This document shows, in pieces, positions 55,488-64,000 of a stretch of DNA of 64,000 bases. The stretch comes from an uncultured Deferribacteres bacterium (lineage in GTDB: Bacteria > Zhuqueibacterota > Zhuqueibacteria > Zhuqueibacterales > Geothermadaptataceae). The notes beneath the pieces are model-generated. The model had not been told where the DNA came from and searched no databases. It saw only the letters and a program-made list of their open reading frames with translations. Positions within the stretch are counted from its first letter, which is position 1. Each line of letters opens with the position of its first letter. The stretch is taken from the NCBI GenBank assembly GCA_964014485.1, contig CAXHAT010000005.1:95-64094 (forward strand), read 5' to 3'. Position numbers and translations under genes: made by a program.

Positions 55488-57266
55488 GTGGCAGGAAAGA
55501 AATGCGGCTTAATTTTTTTCGTCAAAAGTGCGATGCTTTTAACGGCGCTTGGGGGACTGATGAGTTGCGCTTATGACGATTCCGGACAAGGCAAGATTTT
55601 TCGGGACGCTACGGAGGAGTCGGGTCTAAATTTTGTGCACTCGGCGACCGCGGACGCGTGCTACTTTATGCCGGAAAGCATTGGCTCGGGCGTGGCGTTG
55701 TTGGATTATGACAACGACGATGATCTTGATATTTACCTTGTGAATCTTGCCTCGCATCATCCTGAAAAAACTGAGCAGCAAGCTGAAGTCAACCGCCTGT
55801 TTCGCCAGGAAGAAAGCGGCGTTTTTGTGGATGTTACAGCCGAGTCTGGAATCGGCGACGCGGGGATTGGCATGGGCGCGACCGTTGGCGATTTCAATAA
55901 CGACGGTTTTGCCGACGTTTACGTCACGAATTATGGCCCGGACGCTCTTTACAAAAACAACGGTGACGGCACTTTTACGGACGTTACCGAAGCCGCCGGC
56001 GTCCTGAACGATAAATGGGCCTGCTCCGCAATATTTTTTGATTTTGACCTGGATGGATTTCTCGATCTCTACGTGACGAATTACGTGGATTACGATTCGA
56101 GCTTCAAATGCCCGGACAAGGCCGGACGTCTTGAATATTGCGGGCCTAAAGCGTTCACCGGCGTCAGCGACGTTTTGTTCAAAAATACCGGCGACGGTTC
56201 TTTCACGGATGTGACTTGGAAAACGGGCGTCGGCGGCGTTGCCGCAAACGGTTTGGGCGTCGTATCAGCGGATTTTAATAACGACGGCTTTCCCGACCTG
56301 TACGTCGCCAATGACGCTGAACCGAATACGCTCTGGATCAATCAAAAGGGCGAAGGTTTTCAGGATCAGGCCTTGGAATTTGGCGTTGCCCTGAACGAGA
56401 TGGGGCGGGAAGAAGCGAGCATGGGCGTCGCGCTGGGCGAAACGAGGGAGGGCGCCTATCCGGATTTGTTCATTTCGCACTTGCGAAGCGAAAGTAACAC
56501 GTTGTACCGTTATTCCAATAGCTCAGGTTACGAAGATCTTTCCGCCGCCGCCGGTTTCGGAGCGCCTGAATTGATTTCCTACACGGGATTCGGCGCGGGT
56601 TTTCTCGATTTCGACAATGACGGAGATTACGATTTAGCCGTTGCCAACGGCCGCATTTTAAGAGCGCCAATACTCACCGAATCTGAGCCTGTGACGCGCT
56701 GGGATCATTACGCTGAGCCAAACTCATTGCTTGAAAATGATGGCGGGCGGTATCTTTTTTCGCACTTGCGTCAAGACCCTTTTTGCAAAAATATTGAAAT
56801 GACCAGAGGCCTAGCGTTTGGCGATATCGACAACGACGGGGACGTCGACATGGTGGCGTCAAATATCGGGAGCCAAGCGCGTTTATATTTGAACGAGGCT
56901 GGCGGACGCGGCGCCTGGCTCACAGTGAGTGCGATTGACCCGATTCTGAAGCGTGACGCCGTGGGAGCAAAAATTAGGGTCAAGACCAAAAGCAAAACGT
57001 ACACAAAGTTTGTCGCACCAGCTTACAGCTTTTTGTCCAGCAATGATTTTCGCGTCCATTTCGGACTCGGCGCAGAAGATCGCGTGGAAGAGATCGTCAT
57101 AGAGTGGCCCGGCGGCGAAGTGGAAGTTTTTCCCGGCGTTGCGGCGAATCAATTCGTTGTCTTGAAGAAAGGACAGACGGGAAAATCAAGCGCCGCGAGA
57201 GAGAAGGCCGAGTCACAAGTTCCAAAAGCTGCGATCTCGCGGGATTACGCGCAGAACGCTTTTTAA
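55488..57266 (+). CDS. CRTAC1-family protein (FG-GAP/VCBS propeller + ASPIC/UnbV), S2
   Basis: The GTG start is 1 nt after the T1 stop and is preceded by ggaggag. Lipobox-like LGGLMSCAY. Other blocks: PESIGSGVALLDYDNDDDLDIYLVN, and C-terminal WLTVSAIDP..RDAVGAKIRV...SFLSSNDFRVHFGLG...IEWPGG. Confidence 0.85.
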   Translation: MAGKKCGLIFFVKSAMLLTALGGLMSCAYDDSGQGKIFRDATEESGLNFVHSATADACYFMPESIGSGVALLDYDNDDDLDIYLVNLASHHPEKTEQQAEVNRLFRQEESGVFVDVTAESGIGDAGIGMGATVGDFNNDGFADVYVTNYGPDALYKNNGDGTFTDVTEAAGVLNDKWACSAIFFDFDLDGFLDLYVTNYVDYDSSFKCPDKAGRLEYCGPKAFTGVSDVLFKNTGDGSFTDVTWKTGVGGVAANGLGVVSADFNNDGFPDLYVANDAEPNTLWINQKGEGFQDQALEFGVALNEMGREEASMGVALGETREGAYPDLFISHLRSESNTLYRYSNSSGYEDLSAAAGFGAPELISYTGFGAGFLDFDNDGDYDLAVANGRILRAPILTESEPVTRWDHYAEPNSLLENDGGRYLFSHLRQDPFCKNIEMTRGLAFGDIDNDGDVDMVASNIGSQARLYLNEAGGRGAWLTVSAIDPILKRDAVGAKIRVKTKSKTYTKFVAPAYSFLSSNDFRVHFGLGAEDRVEEIVIEWPGGEVEVFPGVAANQFVVLKKGQTGKSSAAREKAESQVPKAAISRDYAQNAF

Positions 57267-57279
57267 CAAGAGAAGACAT

Positions 57280-58302
57280 GTGAAAAGGTTAGGCAAAATT
57301 TTCCCGCTGGCGCTTATTGCGGCATGTTCAGCGAATAACTTCGAGCAAGAGCTGCCGAACCTGGATTTCACAGGAATGGAGCAGCAGGTCGTTGACAAAA
57401 TCGACTCTCTTCAATCCGCCGCAGGGCTTAGCCCGGATTCGGCGGAGGTTTGGGGTAGAATCGGGATGAACTTGTACATTCACGATTTGCGAACGGAAGC
57501 CGCACCCTATTTTGAACGTGCGGCCAAGCTGGACGGCAATGCGTTCAAGTGGCCCTACCTGCTCGCTTATACTTACGACGTTTTACATGATCCGCGCTCA
57601 GTTGATTGGTACGCGCGCAGCTTGCCCCTGAGAGCGAATTTTGCTCCCGTTCATGTGCGATATGGCGAAGCGCTGCTCAAAGCCGGACGAATTGAAGAAG
57701 CCGAAACCGCCTTTCAGCAGGCCGCTGAGCTGCACCCGAAAACAGCGCAATCGCTTCTCGGGCTTGCGCAAATCGCTTTTTCACGAAAAGATTATGAAAG
57801 GAGCCTGGATTTTGTCAATAAGGCGTTAAGACAAAATCCGCGTTACGGCGAGGCCTACGGCTTGTTGGCCACCGTCCACCGCAGGATGGGAGCGCAGGAG
57901 AAATCGAACGTAGCGATGGAAAAAGCCCGCATGTTCCCTGCGGATACAAAGCTTCGCGACCCGGTGATTTCAGAAATGATCAAAGAAGGCGTGAGCGTGT
58001 ATTGGTATAAATACCGCGCGCGCGAATTTGCCTCGCGCGCTCGATTTAATGCTGCAATTCATGAATACAATCAGGCGCTGAAGTACAAAGCCTCCGCCGA
58101 TACTCATGTGCAGTTGGGCAGAATCTATCAGATTTTGGGGCGCCTTCCCGCCGCCGCTGAGCAACTTCTCCATGCACTTAATCTAAACCCGGACGATCTC
58201 GGTGTGATGCGGATTCTGCTCGGCGTATATAAGAAATCGGGCCAGGGAAAATTGGCGCGAGACTTGGAAAAAAAAATTAATCAGTTAGAAAACCGAACGT
58301 GA
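57280..58302 (+). CDS. TPR-repeat protein T2 (short paralogue of T1)
   Basis: GTG start 13 nt after the S2 stop. Lipobox-like LALIAACS. VWGRIGMNLYIHDLRTEAAPYFERAAKLDGNAFKWPY aligns with the T1 block AWGKLGMNFDVHDFQREAIFCYERATALDSADFRWPY. Confidence 0.85.
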   Translation: MKRLGKIFPLALIAACSANNFEQELPNLDFTGMEQQVVDKIDSLQSAAGLSPDSAEVWGRIGMNLYIHDLRTEAAPYFERAAKLDGNAFKWPYLLAYTYDVLHDPRSVDWYARSLPLRANFAPVHVRYGEALLKAGRIEEAETAFQQAAELHPKTAQSLLGLAQIAFSRKDYERSLDFVNKALRQNPRYGEAYGLLATVHRRMGAQEKSNVAMEKARMFPADTKLRDPVISEMIKEGVSVYWYKYRAREFASRARFNAAIHEYNQALKYKASADTHVQLGRIYQILGRLPAAAEQLLHALNLNPDDLGVMRILLGVYKKSGQGKLARDLEKKINQLENRT

Positions 58303-58337
58303 GTGCGCGGCTTAAATGCGCATAGCTTCTGGAGACG

Positions 58338-61300
58338 ATGAAAAGAATAAGTAAAAACAAAGCCGATTTGCAACGAACGAAGCCAACTATATTGAAGGGC
58401 TTAAAGCTTGGTTTTGCATTTTTCGCTTTGACGTTTTTTCAATGCAGTCTTGATCATACTTTGCACTGGAATGAAGCCGACGGGTATCGTTGGTCTGAGG
58501 TCAATTTCAGCACGAGCAAGGAAGTCGGGTTCACAGCAATGTCGAACGAAGAAACCCAGGTTGTATTTCAGAATGAACTGACGGAAGAGCTCATTGTTCG
58601 CAACCACGTTCTGTTGAACGGCTCCGGGCTTGCGCTTGGTGACGTTGACGGCGACGGGCTGACGGACATTTATTTCTGCCGTTTGGACGGCCCAAACGTG
58701 CTGTACAAGAATCTCGGCGATTGGAAATTCCAAGACGTAACCGAGAACGCCGGCGTCGCTTGCCCTGACGAATTTTCTACCGGAGCGGTTTTCTCGGACT
58801 TGGACGGTGATTTTGACCTCGACCTGCTCGTCACGTCCATCGGCGGGAAAAACTTCTTTTTCTTGAATGACGGTAAGGGCGTGTTTACTGAGGAAAGTGA
58901 AAAACGGGGGCTCAAATCCGGCTCAGGCGCGACCACAATGGCTCTTGCTGACATTGACGGCGACGGCGATCTTGATCTTTACGTCACGAATTACAAGGCG
59001 CTGCGAGCCAACAACATCTTCATGCCGCACGAGCTGAACTATGAAAATATTATCGAGAAAGACGAGGCCAACGGAACTTTCAAAATTCGCGAAAAATATC
59101 AGGGTCACTACGATTTGGTTTTTGTCGACAATTTCATTTTGTGGGAGGAGCGCGGGGAACCTGACGCACTTTATCTCAACGACGGCGAGGGACGGTTTGA
59201 ATTAACCGCGCCGGATGCAGGCGCCTTTTTCGACGAAGCCGGGAAACCGGTTGAAACGTTTTATGATTGGGGGCTTGCGGCAAAATTCCAAGACGTCAAC
59301 AATGACGGTCACCCGGATCTGTATGTTTGCAACGACTTCAATAGTCCGGACAGAATCTGGATGAACGACGGAACGGGGCGGTTTCAGGCGATAAAAAAGC
59401 AAGCCATTCGACACACTTCGCACTCCTCGATGGCGGTGGATTTTGCGGATGTTGAAAGAGACGGAGATTTGGACGTTTTTGTCATCGATATGCTGGGCAT
59501 GAATCATCAAAGACAAAAAATGCAGTTCAACACGATGCCGCCGACAAGCGCCAAAATCGGTGCGTTGGACGACCGGCTGCAATACATGAGAAACACATTG
59601 TTGTTGAATGCCGGGCATGATGAATACACGGAAATCGGCAGATTCAGCGGCGTGCACGCCTCGGATTGGTCATGGTCTGCAAATTTTCTCGATATCGATT
59701 TGGACGGCTACGAAGATATTCTGATTGCGACCGGCCAGATCAGCGACACGCAGAATATGGACGTGCGGAAGAAAATGATAGATCAAAATTTTTCTGGCAT
59801 GGCGAACGCGCCGGAGACGATTTTGAGATATCCGCGGCTGCCTTTGCCGAACGTCAGCTTTCGGAACAACGGCGACCTGACTTTTACTGAAACTTCCGAC
59901 GAATGGCGATGGGGGGGAGACGCTGACATAAGCCACGGGATGGCCTTGGGCGACTTGGACAACGACGGCGATTTGGACGTTGTGGTCAATCGATTTCAGC
60001 AGCCTGCGGGATTGTTTAGAAATGACGCTTCGCAAAATCGGGTTACGGTTCGTCTGCGCGGCGCGGCTCCAAACACGCAAGGCGTTGGCGCCAAGATTCG
60101 CTTCACGGGCAACGGGGCGCCGCAAATGAAAGAAGCTACGCTCGGCGGGTCGTATCTTTCAGGGAATGCTCAGACATATACTTTTGCCGCGGTAGAAGGA
60201 AAAGCTGAACTTGCGCTCGAAATTACCTGGAGAAATGGCGCGAAAAGCAAAATTGAAGACGTTCAACCGAATCGAATTTATGAGATTTTTGAAGAGGGCG
60301 CGCAGACGGTCGCCCAAGAGTCTGAACTTTCGAGCACTGAGCCTTTCTTTAAAAATGTTGACCAGGGAATTGATTTCAAGCACAGCGAAGAATTGTTTGA
60401 TGATTTTTCTCGGCAACCGTTGCTGCCCTTGAAACTGAGCCAACCAGGGCCGGGCGTCGCTGTTCAAGACACTGACTTTGACGGCGACGATGACTTGTTC
60501 ATAACCTCTGGAAGAAACGGCAAGCCTGCGCACTTCGAAAATCTCGGTGACGGCTCCTGGCGAAAGCGAACCGACGCGCTTCTTGCAGGAAGAGCCGTTT
60601 TGGATCAGCCCGCCGTTTTGAGTTGGGTTGAAGGCGATGAGTCGGACGGCAAAGTTGTTCTTGTGACGGCGTTCTCGAATTACGAAAACCCCGCACATCA
60701 CTCCTTTGTACTGAAATATGTTCTGGAGCGCGGTAAAACCGTCGCCGTCGATACAATTTTTACGACAACGGCTGATATTGGCCCGCTTGCCGCCGCTGAC
60801 TACGACAATGACGACGATCTCGACTTGTTTGTCGGCGGACGCTCTACGCCCGGACAATATCCGACGCCCCCGTCGTCTTTTCTGCTCATTAATGAAGACG
60901 GGGCTTTCAAGCCGGACGACCGGAATAACAAAAACTTGCAAAATTTCGGCATGGTGAGTCAGGCGATATTTTCAGATATTGATCATGACCATGATCCCGA
61001 TTTGATCATCGCCGAACAATGGGGGCCGGTGACGGTTTTCCGAAATGAACAAGGCGTTTACCGCGACGCGACCGAAAAATTGGGCCTGGACAAATATCTC
61101 GGTTTGTGGAACGGACTGACCACAGCAGATATCGACGGCGACGGCAGGCTCGATATTCTGGCGACAAATTGGGGCAGGAACAGCAGGTATTCGTTTGACC
61201 CGGATTATCCCATTCGCTTGTTCTACGGCGATCTTGACAGAAACGGAACGACCGAGGTCATCGAAGCTTTTTTTGAGCACGACCTGGGCGTGTACGTCCC

Positions 61301-62099
61301 GTATCACCGGCTGGAAAAATTGATTCAGGCAACGCCTTTTACTCAAATACGCATGCCGACTTTTTCACGGTTCGCCAATTCGGGCCTGGACAAAATTCTC
61401 GGGACGGATTTGGCGAATTTACCGCAGCTTTCGATCAACACTTTGGACAACACGTTGTTCATAAACAGAAGCGACGGATTTTCCGGAACGTCTCTTCCTG
61501 ACGATGCAAATTTTTCTCCGGCCTTTCATGTCGGAGCAGCCGATTTTGACAACGACGGCGATTTTGACGTTTTCTTGTCACAGAATTTTTTTGGAGAATT
61601 ACCGGAATACGGTAAATCAGATGCGGGACGCGGGTTGTGGCTGGAAAACGATGGAACGGGCAAATTTCGGAGCGTCTCAAGCGCTGAATCCGGAGTGCGG
61701 GTTTATGGCGAACAGCGCGGCGCGGGGTTCGGTGATTTCAATTCAGACGGGCGCATCGATTTTGTTGTGTCACAGAACGGCGCAGCGGTTGAGCTTTTCC
61801 AGAACAAAAAGGCCAAACCCGGCTTGAGAATCAAGCTGCGCTATAAAGCTAAAAATTACACAGCCGTCGGCGCAAAAGTTCGCACGAAGCTCAAAGACGG
61901 AAGCGGGCCATTGTATGAATTGAAGGCCGGTTCGGGTTACAGGTCGCAAGGCGGCTCGACGATAATCGCCGGCAATAGAGAAGAAATAACCGGCGTTGAA
62001 GTCCTTTGGCCCGACGGGAAGATCGCCCAGTTTGAAGTTCCGCCGGATGCAAAAGAAGTCGTTTGTTATTACGACGGGAGACTCGAAACGCGAGAATAG
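58338..62099 (+). CDS. large FG-GAP/VCBS-repeat protein with two ASPIC/UnbV domains (CRTAC1-like), lipoprotein L2, paralogue of L1
   Basis: Lipobox: LTFFQCS. It is collinear with L1 along its whole length (for example LNGSGLALGDVDGDGLTDIYFCRLDGPNVLYKNLGDWKFQDVTENAGVAC versus L1 LNGSGVTIGDVDGDGLADIYLCQLDGANALYKNLGNWKFQNITEAAGVAC). It has two UnbV/ASPIC-like modules. Confidence 0.85.
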   Translation: MKRISKNKADLQRTKPTILKGLKLGFAFFALTFFQCSLDHTLHWNEADGYRWSEVNFSTSKEVGFTAMSNEETQVVFQNELTEELIVRNHVLLNGSGLALGDVDGDGLTDIYFCRLDGPNVLYKNLGDWKFQDVTENAGVACPDEFSTGAVFSDLDGDFDLDLLVTSIGGKNFFFLNDGKGVFTEESEKRGLKSGSGATTMALADIDGDGDLDLYVTNYKALRANNIFMPHELNYENIIEKDEANGTFKIREKYQGHYDLVFVDNFILWEERGEPDALYLNDGEGRFELTAPDAGAFFDEAGKPVETFYDWGLAAKFQDVNNDGHPDLYVCNDFNSPDRIWMNDGTGRFQAIKKQAIRHTSHSSMAVDFADVERDGDLDVFVIDMLGMNHQRQKMQFNTMPPTSAKIGALDDRLQYMRNTLLLNAGHDEYTEIGRFSGVHASDWSWSANFLDIDLDGYEDILIATGQISDTQNMDVRKKMIDQNFSGMANAPETILRYPRLPLPNVSFRNNGDLTFTETSDEWRWGGDADISHGMALGDLDNDGDLDVVVNRFQQPAGLFRNDASQNRVTVRLRGAAPNTQGVGAKIRFTGNGAPQMKEATLGGSYLSGNAQTYTFAAVEGKAELALEITWRNGAKSKIEDVQPNRIYEIFEEGAQTVAQESELSSTEPFFKNVDQGIDFKHSEELFDDFSRQPLLPLKLSQPGPGVAVQDTDFDGDDDLFITSGRNGKPAHFENLGDGSWRKRTDALLAGRAVLDQPAVLSWVEGDESDGKVVLVTAFSNYENPAHHSFVLKYVLERGKTVAVDTIFTTTADIGPLAAADYDNDDDLDLFVGGRSTPGQYPTPPSSFLLINEDGAFKPDDRNNKNLQNFGMVSQAIFSDIDHDHDPDLIIAEQWGPVTVFRNEQGVYRDATEKLGLDKYLGLWNGLTTADIDGDGRLDILATNWGRNSRYSFDPDYPIRLFYGDLDRNGTTEVIEAFFEHDLGVYVPYHRLEKLIQATPFTQIRMPTFSRFANSGLDKILGTDLANLPQLSINTLDNTLFINRSDGFSGTSLPDDANFSPAFHVGAADFDNDGDFDVFLSQNFFGELPEYGKSDAGRGLWLENDGTGKFRSVSSAESGVRVYGEQRGAGFGDFNSDGRIDFVVSQNGAAVELFQNKKAKPGLRIKLRYKAKNYTAVGAKVRTKLKDGSGPLYELKAGSGYRSQGGSTIIAGNREEITGVEVLWPDGKIAQFEVPPDAKEVVCYYDGRLETRE

Positions 62100-62281
62100 A
62101 AAGGTGAATTGAGCGCTCTAAGGTGTTTTTAAAAGGCGTCAAAGTAAGCAATTATTCATCCGGGATTGTAATTTTGAGAACATCTTTTTTAGGATTTATT
62201 GTTCGGCGCGGAACAAAATGCGGTTATTTCAATAGAGTTATTCGAGTGAACGCTTGACAAATTTCAAAGAGGAGTAAGGTC

Positions 62282-62776
62282 ATGACCAGACGGATCGCTG
62301 CAATTGCTGCTGCAACGCTTTTGTTGTTAAACTTGAGCTGCGCAGGATCTTCCGGCAGAAGCAGTATAAATAACACTTATTCAAGCGAGGCGGGATCGGC
62401 GACGGGGCATGATTTGAAAGAAAAAGCCAACTTCGTTTTTGCCAAACTGAATTATCAATTCGAAAGGTTTGAGCAGTTCCAGACGAGAATCTACCTGGAA
62501 ACCTTTTGGCGCGACCGCACGCCATTTCCAGATGAAGCGGCGATTGGCGCGCAAATCGCAAGAACGCGGTTTATTTTACGAGCAAGAGAGCGAGTGAGCA
62601 AGTCGGACAGCGAACTCAGCGTTTACAAAGTTCGCATTACCGGAGAAAACGAAGTGAAATTTAACGAAGACGACGGCTGGGTTCGTTTGCCGCTTACTGC
62701 CGCCGCCGAAGAGTACATTCGGTCTTGTATTTCGGAGTATAGGTCGGAGATAAATTCGGGCATTCGAGTGTATTGA
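62282..62776 (+). CDS. hypothetical lipoprotein
   Basis: SD gaggag precedes the ATG. Lipobox: LLLLNLSCAG. No family recognised. Confidence 0.5.
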   Translation: MTRRIAAIAAATLLLLNLSCAGSSGRSSINNTYSSEAGSATGHDLKEKANFVFAKLNYQFERFEQFQTRIYLETFWRDRTPFPDEAAIGAQIARTRFILRARERVSKSDSELSVYKVRITGENEVKFNEDDGWVRLPLTAAAEEYIRSCISEYRSEINSGIRVY

Positions 62777-62827
62777 GGCCGATGCGTTTCCTGAGGCAGT
62801 GGCAAACGGGATTTTGATAGCCGCGAT

Positions 62828-63607
62828 ATGCACAAAAAAGTCGTTGAGTTTTGGACGGGGAAATCTGTGTTGATTACGGGGGCTTCCTCGGGTATCGGAA
62901 AGGCGGTGGCGGAAGCTTTGGCGCCGTTCAAGGTAACGCTTGGGTTGGTGAGTCGGCGGGAAGATAAATTGCTCGCGCTTCGAGACGAACTGGCCGGCTC
63001 CGGGAGCAAGGTCTGGGTAAAGTCGTGCGACGTTCGCAATCGCCAACAAATTTTCGAGGTTGTGCAAGCCTTTGCCGAAGATACGGGGCGAATTGACGCG
63101 GCGTGGATTAACAGCGGCGTCAGCATGTCGTCGTATTATGACGATTGGCGGTGGGAAAATATTGACGCTATGCTCGAAACGAATTTACTCGGCGCGATTT
63201 ATTCGACCAGAGCTTGTCTTGAGATTATGGTTCCGCAAAAATCCGGCGTGATTGTTGGCGTCGGCTCCGCGTCGTCGATGCGCGGCCTGCCAAAGCGGGG
63301 GATTTATAGTCTGACAAAAATTTCTCTCGAATATTTTTTCGAAAGCCTCTCGACCGAACTCCCCGATATCCAATTTACAACACTCCATCCAGGCTATGTG
63401 GAAACGGACATAAATCGCGGCAACCAAAAACTGTTGTGGCGTATGCCGGCGCAAAATGCTGCACAAATAATGATAGAAAAAGTTGCAAAACGAGAAAAAG
63501 TTTACGTTTTCCCATGGCAAATGCGTGTGTTGTACAGAATCATTCGCTTTGTCCCGAAATCAATTTATCCGGTTCTGGGAGGACGTTTAATGAACCTGAG
63601 CAGATGA
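62828..63607 (+). CDS. SDR-family short-chain oxidoreductase
   Basis: Cofactor loop LITGASSGIGKAVAEAL; catalytic YSLTK (YxxxK); NSG motif in WINSGVS. Confidence 0.9.
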   Translation: MHKKVVEFWTGKSVLITGASSGIGKAVAEALAPFKVTLGLVSRREDKLLALRDELAGSGSKVWVKSCDVRNRQQIFEVVQAFAEDTGRIDAAWINSGVSMSSYYDDWRWENIDAMLETNLLGAIYSTRACLEIMVPQKSGVIVGVGSASSMRGLPKRGIYSLTKISLEYFFESLSTELPDIQFTTLHPGYVETDINRGNQKLLWRMPAQNAAQIMIEKVAKREKVYVFPWQMRVLYRIIRFVPKSIYPVLGGRLMNLSR

Positions 63608-63608
63608 G

Positions 63609-63896
63609 GTGGAGATGGAAGAAAGAATCATGACGCTGCATCCTGAAGGCAAACAAGGCGTGAATTTGCTGAAAAGAAGGTACGATCAGGTCAAAGACGC
63701 CATTCTCGCAGTTCTTGAAAACGGCGGCGAAGTTACTTTTCGCGACCTGCCCGATCTCGTTGGAGAAAAACTTGGCGATCAGTTCGACGGAAAAATCATG
63801 TGGTATGTCACGACGGTCAAATTGGACCTTGAAGCGCGGGGATTAATTGAACGAATTCCCCGAAAAAGCCCGCAAGTTTTGCGTATTCCGGCGTGA
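63609..63896 (+). CDS. small hypothetical protein (possible winged-helix fold)
   Basis: 95-aa ORF that starts 2 nt after the SDR stop. No motif recognised. The start could be the later Met at MTLHPEGK. Confidence 0.4.
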   Translation: MEMEERIMTLHPEGKQGVNLLKRRYDQVKDAILAVLENGGEVTFRDLPDLVGEKLGDQFDGKIMWYVTTVKLDLEARGLIERIPRKSPQVLRIPA

Positions 63897-63900
63897 TTTC

Positions 63901-64000
63901 TCAAGGATTCTCTTCCTGCACAATACGAAAGATCGGCGTCCGCAGCGTATCGTTTGCGGCGCTGATCGCTTCGGCGTAAAACTCTCCCTCAAAGCAACTC
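63901..64000 (-). CDS. 3' end of an unidentified gene running off the window
   Basis: An open frame runs on the minus strand from the window edge to a TGA at 63901-63903 (...SCFEGEFYAEAISAANDTLRTPIFRIVQEENP*). It is convergent with the previous gene and too short to classify. Confidence 0.3.
   Translation of the reverse strand, partial: SCFEGEFYAEAISAANDTLRTPIFRIVQEENP

Noticed and set aside
1-64000. Search by eye for tRNA, rRNA, tmRNA, CRISPR arrays, integrases, reverse transcriptases and phage structural genes.
   Set aside because: I recognised none. The repeats present are dispersed hairpin elements, not regularly spaced direct repeats. A tRNAscan/Infernal/minced run is still needed for certainty.

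Overview
This is a 64-kb chromosomal segment from a Gram-negative, probably uncultured bacterium. A SusC/SusD pair, a double-FtsX MacB-type permease, many lipoprotein signals and dense palindromic intergenic repeats suggest an FCB-superphylum (Bacteroidota-related) lineage; this is inference only. About 45 protein genes can be supported. 0-20 kb holds housekeeping and envelope genes: a PQQ dehydrogenase, a sulfotransferase, glnA, an unusually long glnE, an MltD-like transglycosylase, a SpoIIE phosphatase, an M23 peptidase and a threonine dehydratase. A TIR-domain membrane protein sits between glnA and glnE. 20-30 kb holds a PQQ-like propeller, a DUF1080 protein, a small toxin-antitoxin islet (HicAB plus RelE/XRE) beside a duplicated 3' end of an ABC permease gene, a serine hydrolase and a decayed dinD. 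30-39 kb holds a translationally coupled membrane protein, histidine kinase, sigma54-dependent response regulator, coiled-coil protein and beta-barrel string. These are followed by a near-consensus sigma54 promoter in front of a predicted double protease-inhibitor lipoprotein, an OMP and a DUF2330 protein. 39-62 kb holds a same-strand SusC/SusD pair with no CAZymes. It is followed by a 7-heme c-type cytochrome, an IS200-like Y1 (RAYT-type) transposase, two ~1250-aa and two ~590-aa FG-GAP/ASPIC-UnbV (CRTAC1-like) proteins, two TPR proteins, an FKBP isomerase and a 59-aa lipoprotein. I consider this block the best candidate for an undescribed system. At least four families of structured intergenic repeats are present. 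I recognised no rRNA, tRNA or CRISPR array by eye. All family calls come from motif recognition, not from searches.
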